Below, in pieces: positions 8,842 to 15,752 of a stretch of 18,597 nt of DNA; position 1 is the stretch's first letter, and each line of letters begins with the position of its first letter. The stretch lies in NCBI GenBank assembly GCA_040505955.1, contig JBEVXT010000432.1, positions 1-18,597 of the forward strand. The letters run 5' to 3'. The notes below the pieces were generated by a model. It saw only the letters and a list, made by a program, of their open reading frames with translations. It had not been told where the DNA came from and searched no databases. A program made the position numbers and the translations under genes. The stretch is from Sedimenticola sp. (GTDB taxonomy: Bacteria > Pseudomonadota > Gammaproteobacteria > Chromatiales > Chromatiaceae).

Positions 8842-10785
8842 TCACTCGCGATTAGCGCTCTCTTTGTCACTACGACTATCGATAAGCTTTTCCAGCAAGG
8901 CGGTAACCAGGCCACTCTTGCTACTGAAACCATCGACGGCCTTTCCCAGCGAGAGTGATTTGGCAAAGGTATCGAAGAAGTGTCCTTCACCGCCCACGAT
9001 GTCAATATTGGCGGCTTTAAGTGCATTGGAAAGTACCCCGGCATTCTCTCTGGCAACCTCTTTACCTGCATCAATGGAAGCAACCGCCTCTTTGAATGCG
9101 GTCTCCAGACCCATACGGAACTCTTCATGGTCACGGGCCTTGTCGCTCATGCTATCCATGGCTTCAAACTTATCCACCAGGCCCTCGGCCTCGGCCTTGA
9201 ACTGCTCGCGTGTAACATCCGCCTCAGCCATACCGATCTTCTTCACCGCATTTGCTTCGGCGCTGCCTTTTGCGTCGATAACACTGGCCTCTGCCCCACC
9301 CTGTGCTCCGGTGACTTTCGCTTCCGACTCACCTTTGGCATCGATTACGCGGGCTTCAGCCAGCCCCTCTTTCTCCAGCGCATCGGCCTTTGCCTCCTGT
9401 ACCTTGGCTTCCGCAAGACCTGGTGCTGCCACCTCGGCCTGTACACCCTCAGCCAGTTTCTTCTTACCATCCGCCTCCTTGGCAACCGCCTCAAGTTCTG
9501 CCTGAGCGATGGTGGTAATCTCATTGGCGCGGTGTTTTGCGGAAAGTTCTTCCGCTTCAGCCGCTTTCACCAGTTTCACCTTCTCTTCATCTGCCTGGGC
9601 TTCCGCCCCAAGCACCTGTACCTGCTTGGCACGATCTGCCTCTGATACCTCACGCACCTCTTTGATGCGCTCCTCCTCGATGGCAACTGTTTTATCGACT
9701 ACCACCCGCTCTCGAATCACATTGGCAATCTCTTTCTTCTCCAGTTCGATCGCCTTCTCAGCTTCAATACTCTGCAACTCAACTTCACGTTCACGGGAGA
9801 CGATCTCCAGATCCTTGGCCCGGGTTACTTTCTCCACTTCGATCACAACTGCACGCTGGCGGTTCTGCTCCGCCACCTCAATCTCACGCTGCTGATTCTC
9901 CTTCTGAACCGCTAAATCCTGATCAGTAGAAATGGTGGCCGATTCAGATTTCTTTCGCTCCTCCTCCTGAATGCGGATGGTCTCCGCCTCTTCCCTTGCT
10001 TGTATGCTTGCCACCTCTCTTGCCTGCTTCGCCTCCGCATCTGATTGCTGGCGCTCCAGCTCAAGCATCGATTCAATGGTTTCGACATTCTTCTTCTTGA
10101 TCGCTAACTCTTCATCCCGCTCAAGTATATTGGTGTGTATATTTTGAGCAGCTGTCAGGGCTGTGATTTTTTTGATACCTTCGGCATCGAGGATATTGTT
10201 TGGATCAAGGGATGATTTCGGCGTCTGTTCAAGATAGTCAATTGCGACATCCTCAAGCACATAGCCGTTCAGATCATCACCGATCACTTCAATGATTTTC
10301 TCTCGGAATTCCAGACGATTTTCAAACAGCTGTACAAACTCTATCTGCTTACCAACAGTTTTCAATGCTTCTGAAAATTTGGCATTGAACAACTGCTCTA
10401 CCGACCCCTTGTCAGATGCCCTGTCGGCACCCAGAGACTTAGCCACCTTGAGCACATCTTCTGCGGTCTCATTCACTCTGAGATAGAATGCAACGGTAAT
10501 GTCTGCACGCATATTATCTGCACATATCAGCCCATCTTTTCCCCGGCGATCAACCTCAAGGGTAATCAGGGAGACCCGCATCAACTCCTTCTTATAGATA
10601 ATCGGGTAGACCAACGCACCGGTAAAGTGCACCTTTGGCTTGGCGCTCATGTCATTCACGATCAGGGCCGTACCCTGATCAACCTTGATATAGAATGCCT
10701 TGAACAGTATCGCCAACCCCATCAGGATTGCGAAAAATATTCCAGCACCAGTAGCTATCGGCATAAGTACAGATAAATCAGCCAT
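8842..10785 (-). CDS. yqiK: Flotillin-like SPFH/band-7 protein (YqiK family), 647 aa, with an N-terminal TM helix and a long A/E/K-rich C-terminal repeat region
   Basis: N-terminal membrane anchor IATGAGIFFAILMGLAILF. SPFH-core-like segment (...MRADITVAFYLRVNE...). Extended EA-repeat coiled coil, with tandem units AEARVIDAKGESEAKV / AEASVIDAKGSAEANA at nt ~9250-9360. RBS GGAG lies 8 nt upstream of the ATG. The gene order NfeD then flotillin matches the yqiJK pair. Confidence 0.85.
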   Translation of the reverse strand: MADLSVLMPIATGAGIFFAILMGLAILFKAFYIKVDQGTALIVNDMSAKPKVHFTGALVYPIIYKKELMRVSLITLEVDRRGKDGLICADNMRADITVAFYLRVNETAEDVLKVAKSLGADRASDKGSVEQLFNAKFSEALKTVGKQIEFVQLFENRLEFREKIIEVIGDDLNGYVLEDVAIDYLEQTPKSSLDPNNILDAEGIKKITALTAAQNIHTNILERDEELAIKKKNVETIESMLELERQQSDAEAKQAREVASIQAREEAETIRIQEEERKKSESATISTDQDLAVQKENQQREIEVAEQNRQRAVVIEVEKVTRAKDLEIVSREREVELQSIEAEKAIELEKKEIANVIRERVVVDKTVAIEEERIKEVREVSEADRAKQVQVLGAEAQADEEKVKLVKAAEAEELSAKHRANEITTIAQAELEAVAKEADGKKKLAEGVQAEVAAPGLAEAKVQEAKADALEKEGLAEARVIDAKGESEAKVTGAQGGAEASVIDAKGSAEANAVKKIGMAEADVTREQFKAEAEGLVDKFEAMDSMSDKARDHEEFRMGLETAFKEAVASIDAGKEVARENAGVLSNALKAANIDIVGGEGHFFDTFAKSLSLGKAVDGFSSKSGLVTALLEKLIDSRSDKESANRE

Positions 10786-10965
10786 AACAGTTTCTCCATT
10801 TCCTTTTAGTTAACTATTTTGGTAACTATTCAGCGGATGTGAAGTATAGTTCGGGATCGGAGTCGATTGCGGCAAGAAACTACAAATTCCCCTACCATCT
10901 TCAACCCAATCAACTCCGACCCCGTACCCAACTGATATAGTTACGCTCGAATTATTGTAAATACA

Positions 10966-11658
10966 CTATATTCCAGAAAACTCTTTTTCTGAAATGACGT
11001 GGTAGATATTTTCATTCTCCAGGTACTCAATGAGCACAACACTATCACCTCTTTTGAATACCTGTTCTCCGATAGTCCGCACCTTCAATATCAACCCCGC
11101 ACCACCATCTTCCAGCGTCGCTTCTCCAAAGTGATGATCAACTCTTGAGGTTCGAACAACCGCAATCTGCCCCAATACAATTTTTTCTGTATGCTGCTGC
11201 GCCTTGTTGAACAGCTGACGCAAGGGTCTTATAACAACGGCTGTAATCATGGTCGCAACAAACAGTGAGGCGATGAATATTGGAATACCTGCCAGGTACT
11301 TCAGTACTCCCTCTGGAAAAAATCCCAGAAGAAAATAGACCAGGTAGTAACAGAGAAGCCATCCAAACAGTGATATAAACGAGACAGTGATGGTGACAGG
11401 AACACCATGAAGTCCAAATTTCATCATCAGCCCGGCTAATGCATCAGGCGTGGGTATCTCACTATCCGCATTGAGACCAGTAGGGCCGTCGAAATCAGGA
11501 AGGTCAATATCAAGGATATCGATATCCACCAGTCCCAATACGGCCACTAACCAGTAGAGCGCAACCAGCGCCAAAAAAAAGGTGAAAATGGCTGTTGGGA
11601 AGGATGAAATATTCTGATAAAACGGATCCATCCCTTCATTTAGGAATATCGCAAACAT
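10966..11658 (-). CDS. yqiJ: NfeD-like membrane protein (YqiJ / DUF1449-like): N-terminal multi-TM region plus C-terminal OB-fold-like domain
   Basis: Hydrophobic helices (FTFFLALVALYWLVAVLGLV, VSFISLFGWLLCYYLVYFLLGFF, IFIASLFVATMITAVVI). A C-terminal beta-rich tail (IVLGQIAVVRTSRVDHHFGEATL...GDSVVLIEYLENENIYHV) is typical of short NfeD partners of SPFH proteins. RBS GAGG lies 5 nt upstream of the ATG. The gene sits immediately upstream of the flotillin gene. Confidence 0.7.
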   Translation of the reverse strand: MFAIFLNEGMDPFYQNISSFPTAIFTFFLALVALYWLVAVLGLVDIDILDIDLPDFDGPTGLNADSEIPTPDALAGLMMKFGLHGVPVTITVSFISLFGWLLCYYLVYFLLGFFPEGVLKYLAGIPIFIASLFVATMITAVVIRPLRQLFNKAQQHTEKIVLGQIAVVRTSRVDHHFGEATLEDGGAGLILKVRTIGEQVFKRGDSVVLIEYLENENIYHVISEKEFSGI

Positions 11659-11706
11659 GCTTACCTCACAACTGATGCTTAAGAAATGCTAGCTGGCTAT
11701 TCGATA

Positions 11707-12396
11707 TTACCTGTTTTTTCGCTTCAGGCGCGCAAGAATATCATCCGCACTGCTGCTTTTGGCCGTGATACCCGCCTCTTCGAGTTTCGTCTGAAGCGTT
11801 GACTCAGAGCTCTCTTCTGCCAACTCAGCAGCGGCTGTCATCTGCGCACCTTTTAACGCCTGCTTCTCCTTAATGCGCTCAAGGGAATCCATCGCTGTAC
11901 GCAGTTTGGTATTGGAGCCACTATGGCGCTCAGCAACTGCCTGCTGTGCACGCTGTACACTCTCAGTAGCCTTGACCGTATCAACCTGCTGCTTGAGTCG
12001 TTTAATATTGCCCTCTGCCTGCTGTATTGCCAGGCGCAACATTATTGAACTCTGGGCATAGCCGATCCCGGACTCAGTCTCCAGCTGCAGCTGATTCTCT
12101 ATATGGGCTATTTTTTCAGCAACCTCTTGAGCAAGATTTTCGTCACCTTTATCGAGAGCCTTAAGCGCATACTCCTCGTACTCTTTGACCTGACTTTTCA
12201 GTTTACTGCCCTTCTCTTCAGAGAGTTTCTGGTGCGCCATGATGGCAGCCAGGCCATTCCTGGACTGCTTGAGTTCTTCGGAGGCGTCGCGCACCTCCTG
12301 ATCCAGAATTCGAAGTGCCTGACTGTCAATGATCGCTTCACCCGCCTCATTTGCGCCGCCACGGAGTGCGGTCAACATTTTTGCCCAAACATTCAT
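11707..12396 (-). CDS. PspA/IM30/Vipp1-family protein (YjfJ-like; ESCRT-III superfamily), 229 aa
   Basis: The translation MNVWAKMLTALRGGANEAGEAIIDSQALRILDQEVRDASEELKQSRNGLAAIMA... shows the characteristic PspA N-terminal amphipathic helix followed by a long coiled coil and a basic C-terminus (ILARLKRKNR). The start was set at the second in-frame ATG (12396; 1-nt gap after the upstream stop) on homology to PspA N-termini. The alternative ATG at 12417 would overlap the upstream gene by 20 nt. Confidence 0.8.
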   Translation of the reverse strand: MNVWAKMLTALRGGANEAGEAIIDSQALRILDQEVRDASEELKQSRNGLAAIMAHQKLSEEKGSKLKSQVKEYEEYALKALDKGDENLAQEVAEKIAHIENQLQLETESGIGYAQSSIMLRLAIQQAEGNIKRLKQQVDTVKATESVQRAQQAVAERHSGSNTKLRTAMDSLERIKEKQALKGAQMTAAAELAEESSESTLQTKLEEAGITAKSSSADDILARLKRKNR

Positions 12397-12397
12397 T

Positions 12398-13036
12398 TCA
12401 GATTGCCCCTTTAGCATCGACCTGGATATTCAAGTACTCACTGTAAGCTTCGGTCGCCTGAATTACATTGCTGGCCAGCACCTCTATCTCGAAAACAACG
12501 CTGGTAAGAATAGAGCTCGAACTCAGTGCGCCAAACATATGGTAGTAATCATCATCTCCCGACATGCTGTCCAAGCTCACCGAGGAGAGTGGAAAGTACT
12601 TATGGGTTCGAAGTAGGGTTTCATTAAATGCAGACGGGTCTTTTACATCTGAAATCGCCCACAACACCACTTCTGCAATAATCTGTTCGCCGGAAACCGT
12701 CAGGAAGATCGGTAGATCACCGTACTCATGCATGACAATATGCAGCGAAGACTCAATCCCTTCGATCAATTCAAGTGAAGCCTGTCCAGTGGTAAATAAC
12801 TCCACATTCTGCAGTGCTTCGTAGAGAGTAGTAGTGGTCCATTCCGGTGATTTCATGGTCATCATTTCTTCTCCTGGTGACGTAGTAGAGAGATCGGCCT
12901 TTCGTAAATGTTTTTCCAGCGCTGCCAGTCGTTTGGCATTTTCAGGCCGTATCCAGATCTCTTTTTTAACCAACCCCTGCTCACGCAGCTTTCTTCTATA
13001 TTCTCGTTGGTAATACGCTGAAGTTTTCTTGCTCAT
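12398..13036 (-). CDS. First gene of the operon: YjfI-like (DUF2170-like) protein with an extra ~55-aa highly basic N-terminal extension
   Basis: The position immediately upstream of a YjfJ-type PspA gene mirrors E. coli yjfI-yjfJ. The C-terminal ~150 aa (from MMTMKSPEWTTTTLYEALQN...) is compatible with DUF2170 size. The N-terminus MSKKTSAYYQREYRRKLREQGLVKKEIWIRPENAKRLAALEKHLRKAD is Lys/Arg-rich and looks like a small DNA-binding (RHH/Arc-like) module. The DUF2170 assignment is from context and memory, not alignment. Confidence 0.45.
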   Translation of the reverse strand: MSKKTSAYYQREYRRKLREQGLVKKEIWIRPENAKRLAALEKHLRKADLSTTSPGEEMMTMKSPEWTTTTLYEALQNVELFTTGQASLELIEGIESSLHIVMHEYGDLPIFLTVSGEQIIAEVVLWAISDVKDPSAFNETLLRTHKYFPLSSVSLDSMSGDDDYYHMFGALSSSSILTSVVFEIEVLASNVIQATEAYSEYLNIQVDAKGAI

Positions 13037-13043
13037 AATCCGT

Positions 13044-13072
13044 ATTATAGAATATTACATGTAAGCTGTCAA
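13044..13072 (-). promoter_or_regulatory. Consensus sigma70 promoter for the yjfI-like to AAA+ operon: -35 TTGACA (13067-13072), 17-bp spacer, -10 TATAAT (13044-13049)
   Basis: The minus-strand reading is tttTTGACAgcttacatgtaatattcTATAATacggattATG. Both hexamers are perfect consensus with optimal spacing. The -10 ends only 7 nt before the ATG at 13036, which implies a leaderless or near-leaderless transcript. Confidence 0.65.
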
Positions 13073-13087
13073 AAACTTACATGTAAT
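13054..13087. promoter_or_regulatory. Operator-like twin palindromes: two copies of TTACATGTAA, centre-to-centre 22 bp, one overlapping the -35 flank and one inside the promoter spacer
   Basis: ATTACATGTAAG-ctgtcaaaaa-CTTACATGTAAT is a 12-bp inverted repeat. Each half contains the self-complementary decamer TTACATGTAA. No other copy occurs in the window. Confidence 0.6.
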
Positions 13088-13234
13088 TAAACTTCGTCCT
13101 AAGGTTGAACCCTCTGTCTTTAACCGGTGGTTGTTGAGTCTCATCTCATGCAGGTTTGAGTGATGCTCTTTTTTTGTCACGAACGAACTTTTTCCTTGCA
13201 TCACGGGGCGATCACTCGGGGTCGCCTAACATAA

Positions 13235-13338
13235 ATCCGCCCCGATTTTTTTCCTCAGTTAAAACCGTTTCAATCGCTCAGTGGTTTCTGGATCGAGGAA
13301 ACCGGTAATCGTTGCTTCCGTTTCGCACCGCAGTGCGG
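13235..13338. repeat. Direct repeat DR2: the partner of DR1, forming the authentic 3' end (last ~26 codons) and downstream flank of the enoyl-CoA hydratase gene
   Basis: Aligned with 3032-3134 as described for DR1. The 10.1 kb between the repeats holds the PspA/flotillin/AAA+ operon. Confidence 0.85.
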
Positions 13339-14020
13339 CATTGATATCTGTAGCTGCGCTCTGATTTAGCGCGCGTTTCATCGCACGCACAGAGAGTGGC
13401 GGAAGTGCGCTTAATTTTGCCGCCACCGCCTCTGCTTCATCGGCTAACTGGTCATCACTTACGACACGCCAGGCTACCCCCATCTTTAGCAGAGTTACGG
13501 CATCGTACTGCTCGCCAAGAAATAACATCTCGCGCGCTTTGTTAAGGCCTACCAGGGCAGGCAGTAGTGAGGTAACCGCTCCGGTAACGAACAGATTGAG
13601 CGATACCTCTGGGAAAAATGCGCGAGCGCTCTCCCCCCAGATTGGAAAATCACAATTTATCGCCCACTCAAAGCCCCCGCCAACCGCCCAACCATTAATG
13701 GCACCAACGACAGGCTTTGCACCATAGACAATCGAATGGGTGGCGCGTTGAATTGCATCTACAAACTCCCTTGCCTCTGACTCATTGGCGGGATGCACAT
13801 GGTTTCGTCGATCATCGCCAGCACAAAATCCACATCCCTTACCTGTAAAGATGATGGCTCGCGTCATTTCGTCGGCATTGGCATCATCAAATGCCAGGGC
13901 TACATCATCAATCAATTGGCGGTTCATTGCGTTGAGACTATCCGGACGGTTCAATGCAATGGTTCGGACACCGTTGTCTCCAAGAGTGCTCAGTATCGAT
14001 TTGTATTCAAAAGTACTCAT
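13259..14020 (-). CDS. Enoyl-CoA hydratase/isomerase (crotonase superfamily), 253 aa
   Basis: Crotonase signatures are present (FCAGDD oxyanion-hole region, GAINGWAVGGGFEWAINCDF). The start ATG overlaps the stop of the upstream ligase gene (TGATG), which indicates translational coupling. Confidence 0.85.
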   Translation of the reverse strand: MSTFEYKSILSTLGDNGVRTIALNRPDSLNAMNRQLIDDVALAFDDANADEMTRAIIFTGKGCGFCAGDDRRNHVHPANESEAREFVDAIQRATHSIVYGAKPVVGAINGWAVGGGFEWAINCDFPIWGESARAFFPEVSLNLFVTGAVTSLLPALVGLNKAREMLFLGEQYDAVTLLKMGVAWRVVSDDQLADEAEAVAAKLSALPPLSVRAMKRALNQSAATDINAALRCETEATITGFLDPETTERLKRF

Positions 14021-15323
14021 CAGTAATTCCTGATTACGCGTTTTGTTTTTCCTTCGGTTTTTGGGAAGCCGCCAGTCGGCAGCACACTTACCGTGGCACT
14101 CGCACCAAGGGCAGATTTAATGGCGCGGGAAACAGTCTCGGCCAGTGATCTGCTGTTCTCGTACCCTGGTGCCAACTCAACCTGCACAGGCAGCACGTCA
14201 TAAGGGGGTTTGGTATCCAACACAATACGGTAATCACCCGTTAGCTCTTCATGCTGATTCACCACGCTGGCGATCATGGTCGGGAAGATATTCAGGCCGC
14301 GTATCACCACCATGTCATCGCTGCGCCCCACCACCCGGAATCGCATGCCGTGGCGCCCGCAGCGACAGGGTTCTGTGGTATCCACCGCTATAATGTCACC
14401 CGTGCGAAAGCGCACCAACGGCTGGCACTCACGTTCCAGGTGCGTCAGTACCAGTTCGCCTTCGCTTCCTGATTCAATGGGCAGAGGTTCATTGCTCTCG
14501 GGGTCTATTATCTCTGGGTAGAGCACATCGCCTGCGAGAAAATGTAACCTTGTATCGTATTCGCACTGAGCCGCAAAGTTAGACAATACATCTGACACGC
14601 CATAATTTGCATTGCGCGGTTCCATCCCCCAGGTCTCTTTAATACGTTCCCGAAATGCCGGATCATCCAGACCCGCTTCACCACCAAAAAGACCGAGCCG
14701 CAGCCCAAGGTCGCGAGGCTTGAGTCCTGGATAGATATCAGCGATCACCCGCTCCAGCACGGCAGGGTAGGAGGGTGTGCAGGAGATGGCTGTAATGCCA
14801 ATTTCACGGATCGTCCGTACCAGTAACTCCGTCCCCCCAACCCCAAAGGGAACCACCATGGCACCGGTGTTTTCCAAGGTAAGGTGATCGCTTACGCCTC
14901 CCATCCACATTTGATAGTTCAGACAGTGGACTACAGTATCTTCAGGCGTTAATCCGGCTGCCCGATGGCTGCGCCCTCCGACGCTTTGGGTGATTTCGCA
15001 ATCCCGTTTTGACAGTGCAAGATTCATCGCTTGCCCGGTGGTACCTGAGGTGCGATGAAGTCGTGTTACCGCAGTGCGGTCAGTCGCAAGATAGTTACCA
15101 AACGGGGGATGTTCCGCCTGGGATTCGCGCAGCATGGATTTTAATGACAATGGTAGTGTTGATATCTCTTGTAACCGCTCTGGTGGTTGGGAGCCGTTCC
15201 ATAGGATTTGATAAAAGGGTGAGTTTTCAATGACCACCCGGCGCTGCCTTTCCCATGCCAATTGTTGATGATTTCTCATCTTTACAGCAGAGAGTGTTTC
15301 CGCATCATCTTTTAGTGTCATAT
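14020..15323 (-). CDS. Phenylacetate-CoA ligase-like (PaaK / coenzyme F390 synthetase family) adenylate-forming enzyme
   Basis: AMP-binding P-loop-like TSGTTGQAM is present. Overall colinearity with PaaK follows (N-terminal DDAETLSAV...QQLAWERQRR aligns with PaaK DPIETASVDELQALQTQRLKW; C-terminal GRSDDMVVIRGLNIFP). The ATG at 15323 is preferred over the in-frame TTG at 15342 by this N-terminal alignment. Confidence 0.8.
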
Positions 15324-15372
15324 GCTTGGTACCCGACTCCAATCGTCTTTACCATAAGCAGCTCTTCAACAA

Positions 15373-15744
15373 TTAAACCCTGAACCTCATATAGTTGGCA
15401 ATCTCATAGGCATCCGGCTTCCCCTCTTCATAACCGAAAAAGCAGATATCCTGTGCCGACCCCTTGCTTGAAGCGGCGATTCCAACAACAAATTCACACT
15501 TGTGTTCGGTGGCTTGACTATAGAGAAACTGCAGGGCTTTCTTTAGATCGGAGCGTCTCTTTGCCTCCAGATTGATTCCCAGATTCCAGAAGGATTCACC
15601 CGCTTCATCTTCACCAGGCTGGTGGCGATCATTAACCAGGGTGGCACTGCCGTCACTCTTTTTCACCCAACCGGCAATCGCCTCACTCATGGGCTCGGCA
15701 ATCGCTTCGAGGTCATCTGATTCAGCATAGATGTAAACTTTCAT
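15373..15744 (-). CDS. Small acidic hypothetical protein (~124 aa) between dctM and the ligase gene
   Basis: ORF with an AGGAG upstream of the ATG at 15744 (MKVYIYAESDD...). The longer track ORF (to 15792) would overlap dctM. No family was recognised. Confidence 0.5.
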   Translation of the reverse strand: MKVYIYAESDDLEAIAEPMSEAIAGWVKKSDGSATLVNDRHQPGEDEAGESFWNLGINLEAKRRSDLKKALQFLYSQATEHKCEFVVGIAASSKGSAQDICFFGYEEGKPDAYEIANYMRFRV

Positions 15745-15752
15745 GGGGCGGT

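Noticed and set aside
8795-9895. Plus-strand ORFs 8795-9505, 8980-9645, 9509-9895 (Ser/Ala-rich translations)
   Set aside because: They are antisense to the flotillin gene. Their low-complexity S/A/T composition is the mirror image of the gene's GAA/GCN-rich EA repeats.
10850-10910. G-tract-rich segment (GGG, GGGG, GGG, GGGG on the mRNA strand) in the nfeD-flotillin spacer as a possible G-quadruplex
   Set aside because: The loops between tracts are ~12 nt, too long for a canonical G4. There is no supporting evidence.
13088-13240. Possible tRNA or other integration target next to the direct repeat
   Set aside because: No cloverleaf-compatible sequence or T-loop (GTTCRANYC) was found. The duplicated segment is the 3' end of a protein-coding gene, not a tRNA.
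15645-15675. TGGCAC hexamer examined as a possible sigma54 -24 element, as would be expected for a PspF-type psp promoter
   Set aside because: No TTGC -12 element sits at the correct spacing, it lies inside a coding region, and the psp-like operon already has a consensus sigma70 promoter. No sigma54 promoter or pspF/pspBC genes are present.
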